Source of the DNA: Octopus sinensis
Lineage: Eukaryota
Direction: 5' to 3'
Assembly (NCBI RefSeq): GCF_006345805.1
Contig: NC_043015.1
Coordinates: 16,864,001-16,928,000 of the forward strand
DNA: 64,000 nucleotides
Shown: positions 33,601 through 47,900 of the stretch, in pieces
Position numbering within the stretch: position 1 is the first letter of the stretch
Layout: each line of letters opens with the position of its first letter
Notes under the pieces: generated by a model
What the model was told of the DNA's origin: nothing
The model's input: the letters and a program-made list of their open reading frames with translations, nothing else
Database searches by the model: none
Program-made: the position numbers and the translations under genes

Positions 33601-36600
33601 GCCATGTACAGGGGTGCAATCAGTGAGGTGAGAGTTCGCCATGAGTACATCATTGAATTTAAGGTACAGTTAGAAGTGCACTAGTGTTCACTCCCCTCCT
33701 ATTCACCATTGTCCCCCCAGGCCATAAGAGAGGAATTCAAGACCAGCTGCCCATGGAAACTATCATGATAATTTCATTCTCATTGCAGAATTTATAGTTG
33801 AATTAGAAAAAAAAAATTCCAGGTGTGAAAGCAAACCTTGGAATTAAAGGGCCTTAAAATTAACTTAGCAAAGACCAAAATTCTAGTAGGATTGGAAAGC
33901 AGACAGGACTTCACTCTCCTCAATATGTAGGAAAGGTGGAGGTAGGAATTCCATATAATGTACCCAGTGCAAATTAGGGACACACAAGAGGTATAGCGGA
34001 ATCACAGGAAAGTTAATGGAGAAAGTAGTGCTTGTATGTGGAAGATATACTGGAACAATAAACACTGAGAACTCAAGAGAAACAGGTTTTTTCAAATATC
34101 CAAGAGGTGGTAGATAATTTCAATTATCTTCATGACCTAATTAGCAGTGGAGAAAGATGTTCTGAAAATATAGATGCTAGAATAAAAATAGGATGGGGAA
34201 TCTTCAAAGAACTAGTACTTCTGTCAGCTACAAAAGTTTCTCAGAGTGAAAGGCAGATTATATGATGCATGTGTATGAACAGCAATGCTACATGGTAGTG
34301 AAATATAGGCTGTGAATGTAGAGAATGAATGAAGACTAGAGAAGAAGGAAGCTAATATGCATCTCACATTATTAGGTAAACCAATCTTCTTTCAATAAAT
34401 AAATGTATATGTGCAATGTCAGTGAGCATGTAGAACAAAGTGTCAAGGCATTGAAAGAAAAATTAGGCATAGAGGAATCAGATGTAGTGTACAAGAGAGA
34501 GATTGTGCTGGTTTGATTATGTGATGCATGTGGATGTGGACAGCTGGTCGGTTAAAGCAGACAGCACTTGTGGAAGAGGGAGGCCCAAGAAATAATGGAA
34601 CAAAGTAGTAAAGTTTGATCTCAATATGCTGTGTGCTTCACAGAGGGGGTTATAAAGGACTGAGACTATTGGCAATTCACAGTGCTCAAGAAGACTCGTT
34701 CACCATACATAATATGATGTCCTAAAAGCATTCAGGTTTATGCTTGTAACCTATTCTGCCCCATCTAGCATTCCTCACACTTCATTCTCCTAACACCCAT
34801 CCTGCTATCACTCCTCTGTCTATGGCACTACCTGACAGTTTTAATCACTTGAAGGCAGCATCAGCACATCTTACTCTTCCCCTTTTCTTTGCACCACCAG
34901 TTACCTTCTTCCCATTATCCATCTTCTCCCACCTATACTATTTCCTTGATTACCTCTTTTCTGTGTTTTCAGTTAACTTTCTCTTCAGCTATGTTCCATC
35001 TAACACCTCACATATATGCCATCACACCCCACTTACTACAGCCACCCCTATGTTCCCCAATATCTCCCTCCTCAACACTGCTACACCTTGCACATCATCT
35101 TACCTTCTCTTCTATCCTTCCTGGGTCACTTCTATCTCTCACTTACCTCCTCTCCATACTGATATTCCCCATCAACCACTTTCTCTACCTTCATCTCAAA
35201 CCATCTGTTACTCTCCCCTCACACACTTATGAAAGACTCTCTTCCCCTCCCTTAACCCATGGTATCTTGTCTCATGTTCACCTTCCTTTACCTTGACAGT
35301 TTTCTCTTTGGCACTCCGTCACTGTTATCTTCTTCCAAACTACTCTCAACCACCTCTATATAATGTGTGTAGTCATATATTCCCTCTGTAGGAAGATACT
35401 TATGCTTGTCTCTCTATTATACTTTACCCATTTAACACTTAGCAGAAAACCAACCACTCTCCAACACTTAGTAGTGAGTGCTTTCCTTTTCCCTTTTTTC
35501 TCTTCTTTGTCTGTCTTGCAAGTTACTTAGTAGCCTCACTAGTGCCAGTGGCATGAAAAAAGTACCAAGTACACACTGTAATGTGGTTGGTGTTAAGAAG
35601 ATCATACAGCTGTAGAAACCACGCAAAAAATAACCTTGAAGCTTACTGGATCCTGTCAAATCATCCAGCCCATGCTAGCATGAAAAAAGACATTAAATGA
35701 CGATGATGATAATTTCACCTTAATGTGTTAGTATCTTCAAATGAGATTTAATAACAACTAAAGCTACGGAAATTTGTAGTAAGGAAAATAAAATATACAG
35801 CTCAGAAAATAATTCTGACATCCAGTACTTACAATTGACCCTCCAGGTGCAAGAATATATTTTCGGTAATCTCTTCCAACTGAAGCATTCATTATTCCTT
35901 CTCTAGAAAATCTTGATGCAAACATATCCACACTGAACACTTCGCTCCACTGTGAAAAGAAGTAAAACTCAAATCAAAAGAAAACCTTTAGTGGGACACC
36001 TTAGCTCCTTTCCTCTACATTATAGTCTTGGACTATGTACTGCGGCATGCTATATCTGAACTCGGTGTAACTCTGTCTCTTGTCAAAGTTCACATGATCC
36101 AGCATCATACCTTACTGGCCTCGACTTCATAAATGACACTGCACTTGTCTCACATACAATCAGAAATGCTCAAACTCCCCTCACAAACCTGGTGTCAACT
36201 ACCATTGAAGTTGATCTCTCAATAAACTGCACAAAGACAAAGACCATAATCATTGGTGAAAATGTTGGTGTGGGTGATCTTAAACTTTCATTAAGACCCA
36301 TTAAGTCGGTTGCCAATTCCTGCTACATGGGCTCTTGTATTCACCCTACCAGAACAGATGTTGACATTCATAAAGCAATAACACAGTCAGCCTAACAAGC
36401 TATGGACAACTTAAAAAGCACCAGAACTGTCAAGTGACCAAAAACTACATCCGTTTCATGCTACAGTAGAATCTGTTCTGCTCCACAGCTTTGAATGTTG
36501 GTCTCATGCTGTGGCATAACAGTGATCACTAGATGGCACATACATTCAACTTCTATGCAAGGCCTGCAACATGTATCAAACAAATCATTATGGATCTTTA

Positions 36601-38056
36601 CCACCTGTCAGTAAGACAATCAAAGACAGCTAAAATTCACATTGTTTTCATTGAACAGCTCAACCTGTCACTGTGCTTTTTTTCTATAACCCTGTGGAGA
36701 CATTCAAGTTTGATGGTCAGGCCTACATGACATGTCCATGAACTTATGCGGGACACAAAAACTAAATTCTCTCAGTCATTCCAAAGTCTAGAACGTGAAA
36801 GACTAAATTTCTCCGAGGGGACCTAATAAGACTGAAATATGTCTGAAATTTCACAGTACATACCAGATGCATTTCTCATTCTATGTCACAATTTAGTTTC
36901 TAATTAATTTGGATATCAGAGCCGTCTCCCTTGACAAGAAGTACAGTTAAACATTTTTTTAAATCATGAATTTAAATTAATTTTTTTTTTAAGTTGGTGG
37001 GGCAGGAGGTGCCTCATTACTCTGTAAAGTGGTTTGTGTTAGGAAGGGCATCCAACCATAGCAACCATGCCAAAGCAGACAGCAGAGCTTGATGCAGTCT
37101 TCTGACTTACTAGCTCCTGTCAAACTGTCTAAGCCTTGCTAGCATGGAAAATGGACATTGATGATAATGACATGTTATATACATTATTAGAAGCAACCAA
37201 AAAATACATGTTTCAAGAATTAAAATGCACAGGTAGGCAAGGAAGGAGAAGATTCCTACACAAAATTTCTGATAATTATTTTATCAACTTAAAATGCCAG
37301 TAGGAAAATCTCTGTGGTTGCATGGCTTGCTACAAATAGTCACTAACACTCCCTTATGTCACCCCTTACTGTCATGGAAAGTTAGACTGTATTGTAATCA
37401 AAGATTTACAAGTAAGACAGAAAGATCATGACTGCAATACTTTTGATCAAGTGTCACTTCGTCTAAGGCTGACCTGGATTAATCAACAATATAGGGTTCA
37501 AAGACCACTGATATAAATGGGGTTTTTTTTAATGTTTAATTGTGAAAAACATATGTAAAAGTTTAATGTCATGTTTAATATGAAAAGAAAACAGTGCTTA
37601 ATTCTGACTTCTTTCTATAATGTTTCATAAATGAAATCTTTTCCTACATAGGAAAGAAAAGATTTGTCTACTACAACTAACTTTTCCTTTGTATCTATTA
37701 TCCAAGAGAAGCGAGACAAGAAAGCATAAGTATAATCATCTAGAGGTATTATGAAATGTGAACATGTGACATGTGCTAATAATACAGAGCTTTATTTCAC
37801 TTCAAAGAATAGTATTCACACCTGGATCAACTGTGAATTATACATTAAAAAAGATTTTTTTTTAAATGTATTGGTTTCACACTTACCAAATAACCATAGT
37901 ACTGAGCATCATAGCCATTGACAATATGACTGAATGTTGCAGAAAAGTTTGTACCAGGAACACAGGGTATATTCAACAGTTCCAAGCACAAGTTGTCAAA
38001 AACTTTCTTTGTATCCACCTGAAGAACAATTTATAAATTCAGTTTTAATCAACAAT

Positions 38057-38121
<65 letters not shown>

Positions 38122-41100
38122 GAAAGTTTACGAAAATAAACAAAAGACGAAGGCAGGTGGAGTACAAACAAACAAATGTATTAGTATAGCGCTCATATAT
38201 ATATATATATATATAATCAACTAATTCACCACAATTATATTGAAATTTTGAACTTAAAACTTAAATGATGAACTTTCTAACAGCCTAAAGGCAAAGTCTT
38301 GTGAAAGTAGTCAAAGCTCGGCAGTGCAATGTTGAATCTCCTCAAAAAGGAAGTCAGTATGTGTGCGTGTGGCACATATCCTAGTGCTTAAGTTATTGCA
38401 CTTACAAACAGGAGATCAAGACAGTCCACCACATACATTATATATATATATGAGTGAAGGTACACATCTTGTATATGCATATACATGTATGTGTGTGTGT
38501 GTCTATCAATAACATCGCCAGAAGATTTTGTTGTGTTTGTGATAATTACATAAGTGTACAATAGTTCAAATCTTCCAGGTATCTGCCATAACTGTGGATC
38601 ATGGTTCAATAATGTTACTGAAGTGGCACACCATAAATCTGATTCAAGATGGAAGCAGTGAGCAGCTTTATTCATGACAATGATCATAATCAGTGTTTTT
38701 GTTTTTTATTCAGCAATGCTGGTATAGAGTAATAGTTTAGCAAGCAGTAGCTTTCAAAGTTCTACTATGATTATTTTACAGCTCCTACATGTACTACACA
38801 TTAAGCTGCTGTCAGGATAAGAATCATATGCAGTCAATTGTCTTCAATATAGATTCTATACAATGTTGGAAAATGGAACTACTATTTTGAAACGTATCTA
38901 AAGTTTATTGACTAATAACTATTGATTGAACTGATCACGTAATCCCTTTGAATTTTCATCCAAACCTATTTACCAGCAGGTGCTCTTTAATAAAAAAAAC
39001 TTTGCCTCTTGCATTTACTCAATATTGTTTCAAGCTGAGGAGTTGAATGAGAAAATGTTTGAATTTTTTCATTTAAATGTATTTTGTAATTAGCATACAT
39101 TCAAGGTTTACTTTCTTCACAACTGAACAATTGATGATGCATTGTTGACACTTTCATATGACATGAAGTTATGATTCACATTACTTTGAGACTGAGGGTC
39201 ATTTTCAACCTACATTTTTGTTCATACAACTAGTTCCATGTGTATGAACAAATCTTATTGTTAACTGCAACCAGTACTGAAATTTTAATAATTTCAGTAT
39301 TGGTTGCAGCTAAAAGATAATGATTTTACATGCAATATCCATGATTTATTTGTGATAAATAATCAAAAACTTAGCAGTATGTGGCAATACACTTTTAAGT
39401 ACTCAAAATTTTTTTTAGTGATATTGAACATGAAGTCTATGGGGCAGTACAGTGTACTGAAAGATTAAGATATTTTTATTAGGGAAATCTTTCACACTAG
39501 AGACCAATCATCAGCTATTGCAATTAATTGTTTTGTAATGTTTTTTTATGCAAAATCATCATCTACATGGTCCAGACATGTTGCTAATAATCTCGTTTAG
39601 AAGAAATATTTCACAGCAATTCTGCCATACATTTTTAAATAAACAGGGTTACATCTGTTCTATGTAACATCTTTATTTAGTTTCATTATCGTTTAATGTT
39701 TGCCTTCCATGCTGGCATGAGTGGTTTTTTAAAAATATAAATATCAATGATACATCTGAAGGAAAAATATTCTATTATGCCTATGTAAGCTGATATTACA
39801 TAGTTTTCCATAAATTTTGGTCTTCTATTTCTTGTGTTTACAATAATTACACAAGTATGAAATAGTAAGCAAATAAGTTCAAATCATCAGACATTTGCTA
39901 TAAATGTGTACCATGGTTCACCAACATTATCAGGATAGTACACCACAAAACAGCAAACCATTTTATTCATATCCTTCATGTATATATATGTTGGAACAAT
40001 ACAACGGGCTTCTTTCAGTTTCCATCTACCAAATCCACTCACAAGGCTTTGGTCAGCCCAAGGCTATAATAGAATACATTTGCCCAAGGTACCGTGCAGT
40101 TGGATAGAACATATGGTTAGGAACAAGATTCTTACCACTCAGCAATGCCTGCACCTATGTATATAAATTCTTTTAGTCTTTTACTTGTTTCAGTCAGTTG
40201 ACTGCAGCCATGCTGGGGCACTGCCTTGAAGGCTTTTAGTGAAACAAATTGACCCTATGACTTCATCATCATCATCATTTAACGTCCGCTTTCCATGCTA
40301 GTATGGGTTGGACGATTTGACTGAGGACTGGCGAACCAGATGGCTGCGCCAGGCTCCAATCTGATCTGGCAGAGTTTCTACAGCTGGATGCCCTTCCTAA
40401 TGCCAACCACTCCGAGAGTGTAGCAGGTGCTTTTACATGCCACTGGTACAGGGACCGGTCTGGCGGTACTGGCAAGAGCCCCGCTCAAAAATGGTGTTTT
40501 TTAAATGCCACCTGCACAGGAGTCAGTCCAGCGACACTGGCAACGACCTCGCTCAAATGTTTTGTTCACGTGCCAGTAAGCTGACGCTGGTAATGATCAT
40601 GCTCAAATGGTGCTTTTTACGTGGCCACCGGCACGAAAGCTGGACAGCTGCTCTGGCAGTGATCCCACTTGGATGGAGCTGTTAGCGCTCCGCTGGTAAG
40701 GGTGCCAGTCATCGAATTTGGTTCATGATCTCTTTAGCCAAACCACTAAGTTACAGGGATGTAAACACATCAATACCAATTGTGAAGCAATGGGGAGGGG
40801 GGCAACAAACACACACACGCACACATACATATATAATATAATAGTAAAGACCAAAGTTTTGATAAGTAGGAAAACAGACAAATCACAGGTACCTTCAGGG
40901 AGATAGCCATGATTGATATGTAGAAAAGGTGTCAGGAAAAACTTCATAAGGTGTACCCAGTGCAAACTATGGACACAAGAAGTACAGCAGAATCAATGGA
41001 CAACTAATGGAAAGCAGATGTACAGGTACATTAAACACCAGTAATGTACACAAAAATAGACTCCCTTGCATGCAAGGGGCGATCCCAAGAAGTAGTACTT

Positions 41101-41888
41101 AGGTGACCAAGTTAGTAGTGGGGGAGGTTGCTCCGAAAACATAGCTGCTAGAATAAGAATAGGCTGAGCAAAGACCAGAGAGCTACCATCTCTGTTAGCA
41201 ACAAAGAGCCTCTCTCTCAGAATGAAAGGCAGATTGTATGATGCCTGTGTATGGACACCTGTGCTACATGACAGTGAGACATAGGCTGTGACTACTGTGG
41301 ATATGTGAAGACTTCAAAGAAATGAAGCCAGTATGATTTGCTAGATGGGTAATGTTAGTGTGCATATACAACAGAGTGTATTTTGAGAGAAAAACTGGGT
41401 ATATGTAGCATCAGATGTAGTGGGCAAGAGAAAAGACTGCATTGGCATGGCCATGTACTGCATATGAATGAGGACAGTTGCATCAAAAGGTGTCAATCTC
41501 TAATTGTAGAGGGAACGTGTGGAAGGAGTAGACCCAGGAAGAGGTAGGACAAAGTGCTGAGAAAGTATCTACAAACATTGGGACTTACTGAGGGGATGAC
41601 AGCGGTTTGCTGTGCTTGAAACGACACACCAAGCTAAGTAAAAGCCTAGTTGCCTTTGCATCCAGCCTCATCCCTTGCAACCTTTTCCAGCCTAGCATCC
41701 CTAATCTTGCAGGCTCACAAGTGCTGATGCCACATAAAAAGCACTCAGTACACTTTGTAAAGTGGTTGGTGTTAGGAAGGGCATCCAGCCATTGAAATTA
41801 TGCCAAAACAGACATGGAGCCTGAACAGCCCTTCAGCTGGTCAACTTCAGTCAAACCATCTAACCTATGCCAGATGAAGATATATTTT

Positions 41889-41930
<42 letters not shown>

Positions 41931-44900
41931 CACACACACACAATGGGCTTCTTTTCAGTTTCCATCTACTAAATCCACTCACAAGAAGACACTTGCTCAA
42001 GGTGTCACAGAGTGAGACTGAACCCAGAACCATGTGATTTGGAAGCAAGCTTCTTACCACACAACCATGCCTACACCTATTACAAAAGAGAGCAACTGTT
42101 TAGAACACTAAATATAACAGATGTGGTAGCTTATCTCCAAAACAAAAGAGGATTGAGGCAGTTAAAATAAAATAGAGGGTGGAGACCTTGTGATTAATCA
42201 GCTACCACAATTTTTATGTTTTATTTCTCTCATGCTAGTATGACAAACTGGTAACTGAATGTGAAGCAAATAGATCTGTATCAGTAGATGACTAGCTATT
42301 TTTGATTATTAATTTAAGAAAATGGGAAATTTTACTTTACTATGAAATGGTTACAAGCAAAATACTAAACTTATAAATTTCCTCCGAAATGCTCATCTCT
42401 TAAAACAATTGATAAATAGAGTAAAAATGTGAAAATATTCCTTGGTAGTTTGTCAACCGTTTCAGAAAGTATTTTCAAGTATTGTAGGTACTCACCTGAG
42501 GTTGTTTATGTATACACTGGTCAAACTGCCCAATCAACATTTGTCTTAAGTTAAAGACACCAGCATTTGCTTTTCTTGACTTCTTCAAATTATGGATCAT
42601 ATCATCAGGTATTGGACTTCCATCTTTGTAGTGTCTGGACATTAGTCGAAGAGGCTCTTCTTCCCATACCCAGTTTTCCAACATCTGGGAAGGAGCTTCA
42701 ATGAAATCTCGTTCAGCATTAGTTCCACTGAAATGAAATAAAGCAATATTTGTTAAATAAATCACAAAAACTCAACATAAATATAAGAATTGTATTTCAA
42801 AGAAACATCAGACAGACAATTTAAGATTATAAACCCATGAAAAGATTTCAGCTATTATAAGCCACCTCTTACTCCATAATCAGAGAATAATTGCAAATTT
42901 CAAATCAAAATAGCTTCTTCAGTCACAAGAAAAAATCTAGAAATTTAGATTTTTGGGCCTTTAATTTAGAAATTTAAAGACCCATTTTGATATTACCTAA
43001 AAAGATGTATATAAATTCTGAATGATTTCAAAAGAGAAGTAAGAATTTTTTTTTTTAAATTAGATACCTTAGAAATGGAATACAATAATCATTACTGGTA
43101 CAGATATGGTTAAGTGGTTAAGAAGTTTTTTTGCAATCAGCTAGTTTCAGGTTTATTCCCACTGTCAGCAAGTGTCATTCCCACTTAAGCAAGTCCCATA
43201 CTGCATACCAAATAATACCTTGAGAGAATTTGAAAGATAAAAATCTATACAGAAGCCTTTGTGTGTGTGTGCATGTGTGTATTTATATGTACATGTGTGT
43301 ACACATGCATGCATGCTTGTATTTCTACCATTTAACTAGTGTTAGATTATTTACATCCTCATAACTTAGTTCAACAAAAAGAAATCCTTAGAATAAGTAC
43401 CAGATTTCAAATAAGTTATTGGTTCAATTTGACTGAAACAGGGAAAAGAATAAAAGAATTATAATTTTCATAGAAACTAAACTTGCCCTATAAACTGAAG
43501 AATTTTAGGCTCACCTAAAATGTATATATTTTGTTTCTGAGCAAATCTGGTGCATCACATGACCAAATTCATGAAAATATGTTTGGACCTGTAAAAAAAA
43601 AAAAATTAAAAACTTATTCACGACTAATTAATGAAAAATTGTGAAAAATGATATTATCCCCAAACACGAAAACTAAAAATAACAAAACAAAGAAAAATAA
43701 TAAATTGGCCACTTCCAGTCAAACTGTCCAACCCATGCCAGCATGGAAAACAGACTTTGTAGGATGATGATGAACATCTACTTTATAGATGAATGGTTAA
43801 TTACAATGTTAGTTTCCTAGTGAGGTACTAATTGCTCCAACAATATACAAATATCTAAGTTTAAAGAGAAAAGTGGTAGTAGGTCAGCAGAGAAATAAAT
43901 TAAAAACAAAATGTATTTTTGTTTTAGCTGATATTTTTCATTCTAACAATTGACTTCTTTCTGTATAATACTTGATGTTGCCACTACATTATTTTAAAAG
44001 AGATCAAGGCAGTGCTCCAGCATGGCTGTAGTTGAAAGACTGAAACAGGTAAAAGAAAGTAAAAGATTTTGATATGGTGTAAAAAATTTTTTTACCTCTT
44101 CATGAGATAAAAGTGATGGCTTATCTGCAGTTGGTTTCACAATGTTGGCAACCATAGCTGCCACAGATATTTGGCGCTGACCATTCGCATTGTCACAGCC
44201 TTGCTATAAGCATAAAAGAAATGAATATATTGGTATTAAATCATGTTGAAACATTAATAAAAGAGAAAAATGATGAAATGGATAAGTTATTAGATTACCA
44301 CTTCATGGACTCAAATCATCTATAGGCATTTTTTATGGATCTAAAATACTATTATGATACTTGTCTATGTTCGCTTAGTTCTAAAGAATACTTAGCAGAT
44401 ATTTTAGTGAAGTTAGACTATCACCATAAGATTGCTGTCTCTTATCAATTTAATACTACAAAAGTCCTATGTATTAAAGGCATCCAGCTGTAGAAATCAT
44501 ACTAAAACAGACAATTAGTGCCTGGTGCAACACTTCTGGCTTGCCAATTCCTGTCAAACAGTCCAACCCATACCAGTATTGGAAATGGAGATTTGATGAT
44601 GATGATGGAAAGTCTAATGACCTAAATAACTCGTGCATTAAAAGCTAAGAAAATCTGTGATGATGCTAATTTTGTAACTACTGTCACTTTAGTAGTTCTA
44701 TAGTAAAACTATGGCAGCGAAACACGGGTTGTGACTACTGAGGATATGTGAAGGTTTGAAAGAGATAAAGTTAGTATGCTTCATTGGGTGGGTAATGTCA
44801 GTGTGCATGTATGACAGAGTATAAGTCGAGAAAAAAACTGGATATATGAGACATCAGATGTAGTGTGCAAGAGAAAAGACTGCGCTGGTATGGTCATGTA

Positions 44901-47900
44901 ATGCATATGAATAAAGACAGTTGCATCAAGAGGTGTCGTCTTTAATTGTGGAGGGAACATGTGGAAGGGGTAGGCGTGGGATGAAGTGTTGAGAAGGGAT
45001 TTTCACATGTTGGGTCTCACAGAGGGGATGACAGGAGACTGAGACTCCTGGTGGTTTGCTGTGCTTGAGAAGACATGTCAAGCTAAGTAAAATCCTGGTT
45101 GTCCTTGCATACAGGCATGTCCCCTCCATCCCTCTCCAGCTGAACATTCCTAATCTTGCAGGCTCATGGATGCTGGTTTCACATAAAAAGCACTGGTACC
45201 AGTGCCACATAAAAGCACCCAGTACACTCTGTTAGGTGGTTGGTGTTAGGAAGGGCATTTAGCCATAGAAGTCATGCCAAAACAGACAGAGCCCAAGCAG
45301 CTCCTGTCCATCCAATCCAGGCCATCATGGAAAAGGGACATTAAATGATGATGATGACAATTAAAAGCTATCCTGAAGTTTTCCTTATGGTAAATTAAAA
45401 GAATTATAGACTGTTCTAGCCTTACCTGTAGGCCAAAGCAAGCTGCATGAGTGTATTTTCCCTCTCGAGGAAATAAATCCAAGTAGAAATAACCCAAAAG
45501 TTTATTACTGTCGGTATCTGTCACACTGTACTGAAAACAGAATTATAATTAGGCTTTCATAAAACATTAAAAAAAGTTATGCAACAAGAGCAATGAAAAT
45601 AATTAGGTACAAAATTATACTGAATACACAGCTTTGTTGCTACACTCTACTTCGGTGGTTTTTAAGAAGAGAAAGTTCTGATTTAGCCTTCTGAACTATG
45701 TAAGGATATTATCACCTTACAAATATGGCTCAAAATGGAATACAGCACTGAATGATTACATGGATCCATTATTTGAACACTTAAACACTCTGAATTTATC
45801 ACATTTCAATGAGCAAAACTTTGATAAGGCTTTTGAGAAGGAAATGCCAAGAAAGCAAACTCTTGAATTTTTCTTAAATTCAGTCAGTTTTGAAAGAGGA
45901 AATTTTGAAGACTACAGCAGTCTATTTGACAATATCATGACTCATCTTTGTGTTATAAAATTTGATATTGAAAGATTCTTTCCTACAAAGGAATGCAGAG
46001 CACTAGAAAAATCAAGCTGAATCTATTTGATGCAGTTACCAATGTGTTGTATATTCCCAATGAGGCAAGATTCAAATGTTGCACTGAAACATTGCTTGGT
46101 GTGGAAATTAAAATTCTCAGTATCAACTGAAGTGAAAACACTGGTAGCTGAAACTTGGAAATTCTGGTTTGATTTATATAACTCTCTCAGAAGGGATTCT
46201 CAACAATGGCTCAAACGAAAAGCAAAGCAAAATCAATTTCATGAAAGTTGGATGTATTAGTTAGATATATAATGTCTTTGCTCTAGCTATAATTAAATAA
46301 TTTTTAAAAATCACCACAAAACCCATTTATTAAATCTCAAAACTCTACTTACTCAAATGATATAAGATCAGTCTTCATGACATTCTAAGAGTCTAATCTG
46401 AGATTTTTTTTTTTGTTAAATGGCTATAGTTTTTTTTTTTTTAATAAAGGAAAAATGACATCAAATTTAAAGGTTCTTTCTAAATTTCTCAGTAATATTT
46501 AGGATTATAATGAATTATTTTCTTGCAGTTTACTATTGTAAGGTGGTTTAGAATTGTATTAACATAAAGACTATAACATAACTGTCTCAAAGAAATTACA
46601 GAGAATGAAAGAATAAACAAACAGGTACTGGAACTGTCATATTTAGCAGCACTCACCATTGTGACATCTGGATGCCAGACAGGTGGGTTTTCTATTTTTG
46701 CAAACGTTAACCCAAGTAAATTCTGAAATAAAATAATGTTTTAAAAGGATGATTATAATCATTTACACAGATTCAAATGAATCCATGTTTTAAGAAGGGG
46801 AATTTAAGAGTGATATTCATGCCTTTCTGAAAGGTATTAGTAATGTAAATGATTTGAAATAGGACTAAATGGAAATCAAAATTGGGATACTGTATCAATT
46901 TTATAGGAACTTAACATCACACCATAAAACAAAAAGGCCATGATTCAAGTTCGAATTCAGTGAAAGTGTTTTATTATGTATTTGGACTGTACACTTAATT
47001 CTTTCTTCAGTCTCAGTTAAAGCTAATAGTCTTCTTCAAAATGCTTTTAAGGGTAGTCCACACTGTGTACTTAATGCTGACCAATCCACTTTTGCAACTT
47101 GTCCCTACCCATGTCAAGTCAACAACTTCACTAAATTTAATACAGCACCTGGTTAAATCCTCATGAACTTGTAAAATGTCTCTCAAAAAGCTCCCTGCAA
47201 CATAAGGCATTGTAGCCTGGTTGGTGGGGTGAGAAAGAGCAGATAGTAGTCTTCTTAATACATGTCCGATCAATCAACATTTTTTAACCCTTTGGCATTT
47301 AAACTGGCCATATCTGGCCAAAATATTTTATCTGTTTCATGTTCAAACCAGCCTAATCTGGCCTCTTACACTTACTCTACAGCATCATGTTAAAAATAAA
47401 CAATCACATCATCAAAATCTCAAAGCTATGAAATAGACCATGATCAATTCAAAACAATGCAAAAAAGTATTACATTTGAAAAAGTAATCTGAATGCTAAG
47501 GGGTTAACATATTTGTTATGAATGATTATCCCATTATTTGAGAATATTATTTTCAATATACTGTCATCCAACCCACTTTACTTTATCAGTAGATAGCATA
47601 GTGTGGTAATGTAAAGTGGATTCAATTTTTTCTTAATGCATTATCATTGAAAGAAAGAAACTTAGGTTTTAACATAGCATTAGAATCTGAATTTTAGGCC
47701 AGGCAAATCAGTGACATGACCTTTAGAGAAGTAGAAATATTGTCGTCCAAGCATTTACAATAACTTTTTTGTCAGCAGCATTGACAAAGAGCAAAAACCA
47801 CTTCAAAACATAAAGCAAATCCTTTCCCTATTAAGTATTATACTAATGTTTTTGAAATGCTAAACTATATTTTTCAAAGTTCAGATATAAATTGTTAATG

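Noticed and set aside
34822-35296. Two overlapping ~135 aa plus-strand ORFs, similar to 49612..49911 and 61223..61573
   Set aside because: Pyrimidine-rich (or purine-rich) low-complexity tracts that lack stops for compositional reasons; no domain signal
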